Source: an uncultured Acidimicrobiaceae bacterium
GTDB taxonomy: Bacteria; Actinomycetota; Acidimicrobiia; Acidimicrobiales; RAAP-2
Direction: 5' to 3'
NCBI GenBank assembly: GCA_963781955.1
Contig: CAWAHU010000002.1
Span: 51,582 to 115,581 of the forward strand
Length of the DNA: 64,000 bases
Shown here: positions 56,755-64,000 of the stretch, piece by piece
Numbering within the stretch: the first letter of the stretch is position 1
Layout of the letters: each line of letters begins with the position of its first letter
The notes under the pieces: model-generated
Seen by the model: the letters and a program-made list of their open reading frames with translations, nothing else
The model's database searches: none
Told to the model about the DNA's origin: nothing
Translations under genes and position numbers: made by a program

Positions 56755-56792
56755 CATCAATGGGCTCTGGCGTCATCAATGGGCTCTGGCGT
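56755..56792 (+). repeat. Perfect 19-bp tandem duplication upstream of the LuxR gene
   Basis: CATCAATGGGCTCTGGCGT occurs twice (56755-56773 and 56774-56792). Confidence 0.9.
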
Positions 56793-56890
56793 CGCCCCGA
56801 CGGCAATCTGAGAAGTGAAGGATCGGTGGCGCCTTTGCTCAGGACCTTCGGCCGTGGACCCAGGAAATCTGAGCTGGCAAGCTAGGCGAC

Positions 56891-59228
56891 ATGTCCCCTG
56901 CCAGGGAGCCCCGCGGTCGTGCGCGGGGGCCGGGACCGTCACTCCGCCAGGTACGGCCCGAGGGCCCTCACGATACCTCTGAGCTGCAAGGCTCCGCCGC
57001 GGACGGCCGGGGACCCGAGGGTGTCGAACAGCCGACCCTGGTGGGCACGAAACTGCGGCCGCCACCGGCCCGTGAGCAGTCGATCACGCGCCAGCGCCTC
57101 CAGGATTGTCTGCGAAACGGATCGGACCGCAGGCTCACGCTCGTCGCCTGCCCGGCGGGCTTCGGGAAGACCACACTTCTCTCGGCCTGGTACGAGGCCG
57201 AGGCTGCTCAGAGACTCATTGCATGGCTGACGCTGGACGAGGGGGACAACGACCCCGTGGTCCTGTGGTCGCATGCGATCGGGGCGCTACGCCGAGCGAA
57301 CCCCGACGTCGCCAAGTTGGCGTCAGCACAATCAGTCGTGGCACCGGTGATTGATCGGGTTCTGCCTGGTCTGGTGAACGAGCTCGACGGCCAAAGTGAG
57401 ATGACCCTCATCCTGGACGACTTCCACCGGGTTTCCAGCGAACCGGCACGCGCCAGCGTGCGGTGGTTCATCGAACATGCGCCGCTTGGATTCCATGTCG
57501 TACTCGCCACCAGGACGGAACCAAACCTGCGGGTTCCTCGTCTTCGCGCCCATGGCGAGCTGCTCGAACTACGAGCCGCCGATCTGCGATTCACATGCCA
57601 GGAAGCCGACACCTTCCTGAACGGCCGCCTGGGGCTCGACCTCGCCGGCGAAGACGTGGAAAGTCTGGTGGAAAGGACGGAGGGATGGCCGGCGGGACTC
57701 TACCTAGCGGCGCTCTCGCTGCAAGCCACCCACGACCGCCACGCTTTCGTGCGCACATTCGGCGGATCGAACCGTCACGTGGTGGATTTCCTCGTGACGG
57801 AGGTACTCGAGACCGAAACCCCGCCGGCGCAGGCGCTGATGCTCCATACTTCGATTCTCGAGCGCCTGACCGGCCCTCTCTGCGATGCCGTAATGGAACA
57901 GGAGGGCTCGGCGGCGATGCTCGATGCTCTTTCACGAACCAACCTGTTCCTCGTCCCGCTGGACGACGAGGCGGGGTGGTACCGCTTTCACTCCGTCTTT
58001 GCGCAGCTGCTGCGGGTGGAACTCGAGCGGCGCAACCCGGGCCTGGCCCGGACGCTGCACCGCCGTGCCTACTCCTGGCATCGTGATCACGGCACCACCG
58101 ACGACGCTATTCAACATGCCGTGGCGGCCGAGGCTCACGCCGAAGCAGTCGAGCTGATCGAAACCTTCTGGATCCGGTACGCCAACACGTGGCGGTACGA
58201 CACCGTCCTGGCCTGGTTGCATCACCTCCCACACGAGGTGCTGACGAGCGAGGTTCATCTGCTCCTGATACAGGCGTGGGTGCTCTCACTGTCAGCGAGG
58301 CAGGAAGAGGCGGCGCGGCCCATCGCAGCCATCGAACGGCTGGGCGATCTGAGCACCGAACCGCTGCGCGATGGCTTCAGCTCCGCTGAAGCGAGCTTGA
58401 CGATGCTACGGGCCGCCTTTCCCTGGGGAGATGTAGGCGCCCAGCTCGGACATGCCCGACAGGCGGTCGAGCTCGAGGGCCCAGGGTCGCCGTGGCGGCC
58501 GTTGGCGTGCTGGGCGCTTGGCGTGGGGTTGTACTTCGAGGGCGAGTGTGACGAGGCCGACGAGTGGTTCGCGGAATCGGCGGCACTGGCACCCGCGAGC
58601 GCCCAGTGGCTTGCCGGTACGTCGTCGCTGGCCTATCGATCGCTGATCGCCGGCGAGTGCGGCCGGGCTGACGAGCAGCGCACGCTGGCCGAGGCGGCAG
58701 CCCAATTCGGACGGGAGCACGGCACGGACGAGGCTGTCGGCACGGTTCCGTTGGCGGTCGGGGCATCGCTGGCGGCATGTGGCAGGCCCGAGGAGGCGCT
58801 CCCGCTGATCGAGCACGGCGTCGCGCTCGGCGCGGACCTTTGGCCAGCCCATTCAGTTGGCCCATGCGCTGCTCGGCCATGCGGCGGTGCTTGCGGTCCT
58901 CGGCGAGCACACCGCCGGCGCGATAGCCGATGCGAGATCGGTCCTCGAGCGCTGCCCTGATCCGGGGATCCTGACCGAGGCACTGTCTACCCTCGAGCGG
59001 CCGACGCAGAGAAGCAGACGCCCTGTAGACGAGGATCACTCGCTGACACCGCGGGAGCTCCGGGTGCTCAAGCTCCTGGGCGGCGACCTGTCGGAGCGAG
59101 ATATCGGCCGTGAGCTGTACGTCTCGCACTACACGGTCCATAGCCATGTTCGGTCGATCTACCGCAAGCTGGGCGTGCATTCGCGAGCCGACGCGATCGA
59201 ACGTAGTCGCGAACTGCACCTCGTCTAG
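56891..59228 (+). CDS. Large ATP-binding LuxR-family (LAL/MalT-like) regulator with an apparent frameshift before the HTH
   Basis: Walker A LVACPAGFGKTTLL, Walker B LILDDFH and TPR-like middle region are in ORF 56891..58960. The LuxR HTH LTPRELRVLKLLGGDLSERDIGRELYVSHYTVHSHVRSIYRKLGV is in ORF 58857..59228. The join is around 58820-58840. The start is uncertain (ATG 56891 or GTG 57041). Confidence 0.8.
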
Positions 59229-59351
59229 CGGGTGTCCAAGGGCGACGGCAACCGACGCCGTCGGTCACTTCTTCCATTGTCCGTGGATGGTGGTCGGCGC
59301 TCAGCCAGCTCTGGGTGGCGAATCTGACCAGGCGAGCGAATCACCTCTTCC

Positions 59352-59392
59352 TCCCCTAGGTGAATCCGGTCGGAAGGTGATGACGGGTCGCC
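59352..59392 (+). promoter_or_regulatory. Copy B of the conserved 41-nt element, upstream of the 76-aa gene and the CoADR operon
   Basis: TCCCCTAGGTGAATCCGGTCGGAAGGTGATGACGGGTCGCC ends 26 nt upstream of the ATG at 59418. Confidence 0.5.
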
Positions 59393-59417
59393 TGCCGGAA
59401 TGTAAGGCTGCGTCGAG

Positions 59418-59648
59418 ATGGGTACGAACTGGGAGCAACCCCGCTGCTATCGGCTTGTACTTCGCGGGGAGCTAGGCGATTCGTTCGGAGTTCTCTTTGA
59501 TGGCATGCAGTTGCAGCGGCTCGCGGGCACGACGGTGCTCACCGGCGACGTGACGGATCAGGCGCATCTTCTCGGTCTCATCGAGCGAGTCCAGGAGCTC
59601 GGCGTCGAGCTCGTGTCCGTCAATCCCGACCACGGAACGGACGGGTGA
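59418..59648 (+). CDS. Small conserved hypothetical protein (76 aa)
   Basis: CYRLVLRGELGDSFGVLFDGMQLQRLAGTTVLTGDVTDQAHLLGLIERVQELGVELVSV resembles a widespread small actinobacterial protein of unknown function (recall only). Confidence 0.45.
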   Translation: MGTNWEQPRCYRLVLRGELGDSFGVLFDGMQLQRLAGTTVLTGDVTDQAHLLGLIERVQELGVELVSVNPDHGTDG

Positions 59649-59743
59649 AGGCCCTGGTGAAGGCCCTCTCGGTTGACCAGAAGAGACTCAGCCGGGGGCC
59701 TGGCGGTGAATCTTGGACTCTGATGCGTGCTGTCGTCCAGCGA

Positions 59744-59789
59744 GTCGAAGGGGGCCCGTCATGAAGGTCGAAGGGGGCCCGTCATGAAG
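59744..59789 (+). repeat. Perfect 23-bp tandem duplication spanning the RBS and start codon of the CoADR gene
   Basis: GTCGAAGGGGGCCCGTCATGAAG occurs twice (59744-59766 and 59767-59789). Confidence 0.9.
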
Positions 59790-61514
59790 GTTGTCATCGT
59801 GGGTGGCGTGGCAGCGGGCGCGTCGACCGGTGCTCGGGTACGCAGGCTCGACGACTCGGCTGAGATCGTGATCCTCGAGCGGGGGCGATTTGTCTCCTTC
59901 GCCAACTGCGGCCTTCCGTACCACATCGGCGGTGAGATCCCCGAGCGAAAGAGCCTGTTGCTCCAGACCCCCGAGAGCCTGGCCGCCTCGCTGGCGCTCG
60001 ACGTTCGCACCGGCCACGAGGTGGTCGGCATCGACCCGGCGGCAAAGGAGGTCGAGGTATACGAGGCCGAAGGAGGGCGTACCTACCGCGAGCCCTACGA
60101 CAAGCTGGTGCTGTGCCCCGGAGCCGAGCCCATCCGACCACCGATACCAGGGGCCGATCTCCCGAGAGTCGACGTCCTGCGCAACATCCCCGACATGGAT
60201 CGCATCATCGGTCAGCTCGATACCCACGCCACCCGGGCTGTCGTCATCGGGGGCAGTTACATCGGCCTGGAGATGGCCGAGGCCTTTCGCACCCGCGAGC
60301 TCGAGACCGCCATCGTCGAGCGCACCGACCGCCTAATGCCATGGCTGGATCCGGAGATGACCAGGATCCTCGACTTCCACGTCACGACCCACGGCGTCGA
60401 CATCCGTCTCGACAGCTCGGCCAAGGCGATTCGTGCGGACGGTACGGAGCTCGTGGTTGAGCTCTCCGACGGCTCGGAGCTCGCCGCTGACGTCGTGGTG
60501 CTCGCCGTCGGGGTACGACCCAGCGCCGAGCTGGCCCAGACGGCCGGTGTGGCGACCGGGCCGCTCGGGGGGATCGGCGTCGACCCCCAGATGCGGACAT
60601 CGGTCCCCGACATCCTCGCGGCCGGCGACGCCGTGGAGACGGCACACCTCCTGACCGGGGAGCCGGTGCTCTCGATGCTGGCCGGCCCGGCGAACCGGGA
60701 GGGGCGCATCGCCGCCGAGACGATTTGTGGTCGCCAGAGTTCTTATCGGGGCAGCCAAGGAACGGCCATCGTCAAGACGTTCGACATGGCCGCTGGCGGG
60801 ACGGGCCTCACCGAGGCCCAGCTGCGCGAGCGCGGAATGGAGTTCCGCAAGGTCTACACGCACCAGAACGACCATGCCGCCTACTTTCCGGGCAGCTCGC
60901 CCATGTTCATCAAGGTGCTCTTCACCCCATCGGAGGGGAAACTGCTGGGGGCCCAGGTGCTGGGCTGGGCCGGCGTGGACAAGCGGATCGACGTATTCGC
61001 CATCGCCTTGCGCGCCGGCATGACCGTCTACGACCTCGAGCACGTCGAACTGTCCTACGCACCTCCCTACGGATCGGCGAAAGACCCCGTCAACATGATC
61101 GGCTTCCAGGCGTCGAACTTGCTGAGAGGCGACATCGATCTCTGGTACGCGGAGGACTACCCGGACTGCGTCGGGAGAACGACAATCCTCGACGTGCGCA
61201 CGGTGGCCGAATACGAGCACTGGCACATCCCCGAGGCGATCAACATCCCCTACACCGAGCTGCGTGCCCGGCTCACCGAGGTGCCGACGGACCGCCCGGT
61301 GTACACCTACTGCCGGTCCGGGTTCCGCAGCTACATCGCCTACTGCATCCTCAGGCACCACAACTTCGCCGATCCGGCTTTCCTCTCCGGCGGGTTGATC
61401 ACGTTTCACGGGTTTCACCGAACCCCCCTCGAGGTGGGGCAAGGTGGCTTCCCGATCGTCGCCCATGCGGAGGACGAGATGGCGACGCGTCCGGGCGCCC
61501 TCGAACACGTCTGA
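59784..61514 (+). CDS. CoA-disulfide reductase fused to a C-terminal rhodanese domain (persulfide/polysulfide reductase type)
   Basis: MKVVIVGGVAAGAS (FAD), redox Cys in SFANCGLPYHIGG, a second dinucleotide fold VVIGGSYIGLEMA, and a rhodanese domain with the active-site loop YCRSGFRS. Confidence 0.9.
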   Translation: MKVVIVGGVAAGASTGARVRRLDDSAEIVILERGRFVSFANCGLPYHIGGEIPERKSLLLQTPESLAASLALDVRTGHEVVGIDPAAKEVEVYEAEGGRTYREPYDKLVLCPGAEPIRPPIPGADLPRVDVLRNIPDMDRIIGQLDTHATRAVVIGGSYIGLEMAEAFRTRELETAIVERTDRLMPWLDPEMTRILDFHVTTHGVDIRLDSSAKAIRADGTELVVELSDGSELAADVVVLAVGVRPSAELAQTAGVATGPLGGIGVDPQMRTSVPDILAAGDAVETAHLLTGEPVLSMLAGPANREGRIAAETICGRQSSYRGSQGTAIVKTFDMAAGGTGLTEAQLRERGMEFRKVYTHQNDHAAYFPGSSPMFIKVLFTPSEGKLLGAQVLGWAGVDKRIDVFAIALRAGMTVYDLEHVELSYAPPYGSAKDPVNMIGFQASNLLRGDIDLWYAEDYPDCVGRTTILDVRTVAEYEHWHIPEAINIPYTELRARLTEVPTDRPVYTYCRSGFRSYIAYCILRHHNFADPAFLSGGLITFHGFHRTPLEVGQGGFPIVAHAEDEMATRPGALEHV

Positions 61515-62572
61515 TGGCCAAGGCGGGGCCGATGAGCCAGATAGAGAAGGTTTTCAGGACCGACGGCGAGAAATTGAACGTGAAGGGTGGCGCAGCCGTT
61601 GCCGCGCTCCTGTTCGTGTTGTGGTTCCTCATCGTCCAGACGAACGAGCAGAAGTACTTCGTCACCGTCGTCTTCGCGGTGCTCTTGGTGGCACAGAGCG
61701 ACCCGGGTGGAGCCATTGCGAAGCGGGTGGGGGGAATGTCGGCCTTCGCTGCGCTCGGTGCGCTGGTGACCGCCTTCGGCTTCTACGTGGGGGACAAGGC
61801 CTGGGGTTTCGTGGTCCTTGCCGTCTTCGCCGTCACGCTGGCGGGCGGTTTGGCGGTCAAGCTCGGTGTCCACCGATTCGCCGCAGGGCTGCTGCTCAAC
61901 GTCTGGTTCCTCGTCGTGCTCTCACTGGCGACACACGACACACACCGCCTCAAGATCAGCGTATGGGACCAAGCCCTGGCCTGGCTAGTCGGGGCAGCGG
62001 CGTGGATCTCCCTCATGTTCGTGGTGTGGTTGGCGAGTCGGGGCAGGTGGCGGCCCGCACCGGTCATGGACCTCCCCGGGAGCCAATCCCCGGTGCAGTT
62101 GACCCGGCCCATCGTGCTCTTCGCGTTGATACGGTCCCTCGCCCTGGCCGCCTCGGCCGCCATCGCCTTCGGCGGAGGCTTGCCCAGCGCCGACTGGATG
62201 CCCATCGCCACCATCGTCGCCATGAAGCCGAGCCTCGAACAATCCAAGCTGTTCGGCGAGCAGCGAGTGGTGGGCGCGGCCTTGGGCGCGGCGGCGGCCA
62301 TACCGATCCTGATCCTGGTCAGCAACAAGCACGCGCTGGAGGTCATCATCATCCTCCTGGCTGGACTGGGAATAGCCATCCGTGGTGTCAACTACGCCTA
62401 CTACGCAGCCGCGATCGCCTGTGCCGCCCTGATCGCTGCCGACCTGCCCCAGCCGACCGACTACGCCGCCGAAGGGCGGCGTGTGCTGTTCACCATGATC
62501 GGCGTCGGGATCGGCGTGCTCGTCATGTTCGTGGCTGACCGTCTCCAAAAGCACTCCACCACGACGGCTTGA
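61514..62572 (+). CDS. FUSC/ArAE-like integral membrane protein
   Basis: The ATG overlaps the upstream TGA by 1 nt. 352 aa with about 9 TM helices in two blocks. The family call is tentative. Confidence 0.5.
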   Translation: MAKAGPMSQIEKVFRTDGEKLNVKGGAAVAALLFVLWFLIVQTNEQKYFVTVVFAVLLVAQSDPGGAIAKRVGGMSAFAALGALVTAFGFYVGDKAWGFVVLAVFAVTLAGGLAVKLGVHRFAAGLLLNVWFLVVLSLATHDTHRLKISVWDQALAWLVGAAAWISLMFVVWLASRGRWRPAPVMDLPGSQSPVQLTRPIVLFALIRSLALAASAAIAFGGGLPSADWMPIATIVAMKPSLEQSKLFGEQRVVGAALGAAAAIPILILVSNKHALEVIIILLAGLGIAIRGVNYAYYAAAIACAALIAADLPQPTDYAAEGRRVLFTMIGVGIGVLVMFVADRLQKHSTTTA

Positions 62573-62574
62573 CG

Positions 62575-63171
62575 ATGGTCCAGAGTGACGATGGAGCCCC
62601 CGGGTCCACCCCAGAGGTGGCAGCACAACGAACCCAATACAGCGACCTCGCTCTCCGCGGTCGACGACGACTCGTCGTCGTCGCAGTACTCCGCACGATC
62701 CTGACGATTGTCTTGGTCGTGGCCATCTATTACTTGCTGCCCTTGGACCACGGCTCAAATGCTGGCGCTGTGGCAGAGGTGGCGATTGGAGTCCTCGTGC
62801 TTGCCGGGATCATCGTCTGGCAGATCAGGAGGATCGTGGGGTCCGACCACCCAATCAGCCGTGCCGTCGAAGCGCTCGCGTTGAGCGTCCCGCTCTACGT
62901 ACTGCTGTTCGCCACCACCTATTACCTCATGGCTCGCGCCAATCAGAGCTCGTTCGGCGCGCCTCTCAGCCGCACCGACGCCATGTACTTCTCTTCTACG
63001 ATCTTCACGACCGTCGGCTTCGGTGACATCACCGCAAAGACTGAGGCCGCCCGCCTGATCGTGACACTGCAGATGTGGCTGGATCTGGTGTTCTTGGGCC
63101 TGGTGGTACGCCTCGTAGTGAACGCAATCAAGTTCAGTCAACAGCGCCGAGCTGTCGAAACAAGCGATTGA
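62575..63171 (+). CDS. Two-TM potassium channel (Ion_trans_2 family)
   Basis: Selectivity filter TTVGFGD between two TM helices. ATG 62575 is 3 nt after the upstream stop. Confidence 0.8.
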   Translation: MVQSDDGAPGSTPEVAAQRTQYSDLALRGRRRLVVVAVLRTILTIVLVVAIYYLLPLDHGSNAGAVAEVAIGVLVLAGIIVWQIRRIVGSDHPISRAVEALALSVPLYVLLFATTYYLMARANQSSFGAPLSRTDAMYFSSTIFTTVGFGDITAKTEAARLIVTLQMWLDLVFLGLVVRLVVNAIKFSQQRRAVETSD

Positions 63172-63310
63172 CTCCCCCGCAGCCGAACAACGTGCTCAGA
63201 GGAGCCCGTCTTCGGAACAACGACGACGAGCTCGACTGACTCTGTCCTCTTCGATGGAATCAGTCATGCGGTCTCGTCACCCCACGGATACTTTGGATTA
63301 GTAAAGTTTC

Positions 63311-63329
63311 GTGCCCACGGCGTGCCCAC
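63311..63329 (+). repeat. GTGCCCAC direct-repeat dyad inside the island near attR
   Basis: GTGCCCACggcGTGCCCAC lies ~130 nt left of the attR core and is followed by the hairpin GGTGGATCAgcgTGATCCACC (63345-63365). Confidence 0.6.
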
Positions 63330-63461
63330 ACGAACGCGAAACAGGGTGGATCAGCGTGATCCACCGCGCTCGAGCGGGAGGTCCATTTATGGGGTTTTTG
63401 CCAGGCAAATTGAGCGAATCCGCCAGCCACGACCGCGAAGCCGAATTCCCCCTGTTCCGAA

Positions 63462-63504
63462 CTGAAAAGCGTGAGGTCACCGGATCGACGCCGGTCCCGA
63501 CCAC
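63462..63504 (+). repeat. attR core (duplicate of the tRNA-Phe 3' part)
   Basis: Identical 43-mer to 48326-48368. The flanks differ on both sides. Confidence 0.85.
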
Positions 63505-63640
63505 TCATCGTGCCGTGACCAGGGCTTGCCCCCTTGCGGCGGTCCCACCCCTTGACCAGGGACCTCACATCCCGAAAGCGTGAGGTCATGGTCGGAAGGG
63601 TGCGCTCCAGCAGCCCATCTTGTTCCCCGATCCGATACCC

Positions 63641-63659
63641 GTGCCCACAACGTGCCCAC
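63641..63659 (+). repeat. Third GTGCCCAC dyad, outside the island
   Basis: GTGCCCACaacGTGCCCAC plus ~30 nt of downstream similarity to 48428-48475. It is preceded at 63574-63588 by a degenerate copy of the att core (GAAAGCGTGAGGTCA). Confidence 0.55.
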
Positions 63660-63772
63660 GCGGAACTGGAATGGGTTCCAACTACCCACGGCCACGATCT
63701 GGCTCGGTGCTGAGGACTACGTGGCGTGGTCGGTGTGACGCGATTAGCTGAGGCCGTGAGCCGGAAGGAGTC

Positions 63773-64000
63773 CTACAGTCGGTAGAGCTTGCGGGCGTTG
63801 TCTCCCATGACCCGCGCCTGTGTCTCGGCACGCAGAGCGCCCATCTTCTCAGCGACGCTCTCGACCGGTGAAGGGTAGAGGCAGGTCGGGTGGGGGAAGT
63901 CGGTCTCGAAGAGGATTCGCTCGTCACCGACGATGTCCATGAGGTTCTGGAGTTGGCCATGGCCCTCTTCGAACCAGAAGGTGGCATACCAGTTCTTGGC
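63773..64000 (-). CDS. Amidohydrolase-2 (PF04909-like) family protein, C-terminal 75 codons, partial at the window edge
   Basis: Hand translation gives AKNWYATFWFEEGHGQLQNLMDIVGDERILFETDFPHPTCLYPSPVESVAEKMGALRAETQARVMGDNARKLYRL*. The motif ILFETDFPH is typical. It is not in the ORF track because no start codon falls inside the window. Confidence 0.7.
   Translation of the reverse strand, partial: AKNWYATFWFEEGHGQLQNLMDIVGDERILFETDFPHPTCLYPSPVESVAEKMGALRAETQARVMGDNARKLYRL

Larger units (their letters stand above)
48326..63504. mobile_element. ~15.2-kb integrative genomic island inserted in the 3' half of tRNA-Phe
   Basis: Perfect 43-bp direct repeats (48326-48368 and 63462-63504) cover the tRNA from the anticodon loop to the discriminator. 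A tyrosine recombinase and an excisionase lie inside. Arm-type GTGCCCAC direct repeats sit near both ends, and composition shifts. Confidence 0.75.

Noticed and set aside
63682-63987. 101-aa minus-strand track ORF
   Set aside because: Another frame on the same strand gives a clean amidohydrolase C-terminus ending at 63773. The track ORF is its out-of-frame shadow.
1-64000. CRISPR arrays, rRNA genes, IS elements or transposases
   Set aside because: No regularly spaced repeat array and no transposase-like ORF was seen. The only repeats are three short perfect tandem duplications, the senX3 coding repeats and the att/arm repeats.

Overview
High-G+C, actinobacterial-type chromosomal window (judged by eye, not computed) that mixes core genes with several accessory blocks. 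From left to right: (1) Fragments of a YCII gene and an ECF sigma gene abut a 5-gene actinobacterial conjugation/T4SS-like module (coupling protein, VirB4-like ATPase, SCO6880-like protein, TrbL-like protein, small pilin-like protein). No relaxase or integrase is present, and a 3.8-kb cargo block (YoaK, lipoprotein, NUDIX, sulfatase) splits the module. (2) A core block: senX3-regX3, an MBL hydrolase, serS, an ABC-2 transporter pair, a TlpA-like thioredoxin, ctaB, ctaA and tRNA-Glu. (3) A lower-G+C islet with a secreted alpha/beta hydrolase and a GNAT-AAA+ fusion, followed by a DegT aminotransferase, a GH5 enzyme and a FUSC protein. (4) A compact haem-copper oxidase operon (ctaC, ctaD, subunit III-like) packed with assembly genes: two CtaG, two Sco, a TlpA, a BNR propeller, a cupredoxin paralogue and a 37-aa micro-ORF. 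(5) MFS-MerR, an EthA-like monooxygenase with a TetR regulator, a crotonase and two hypothetical genes. (6) tRNA-Asp and tRNA-Phe, then a ~15.2-kb integrative element in tRNA-Phe bounded by perfect 43-bp direct repeats. It carries a DUF433/PIN-like pair, xis, int and stress/ion cargo (HdeD, ClC, DUF1269, CMD, a LAL-type LuxR regulator, CoA-disulfide reductase-rhodanese, a K+ channel). A decayed second att-like site lies just outside it. Caveat: at least seven genes show single apparent frameshifts, which points to assembly indel errors as much as to real pseudogenes. No CRISPR array, rRNA or recognisable riboswitch was found.
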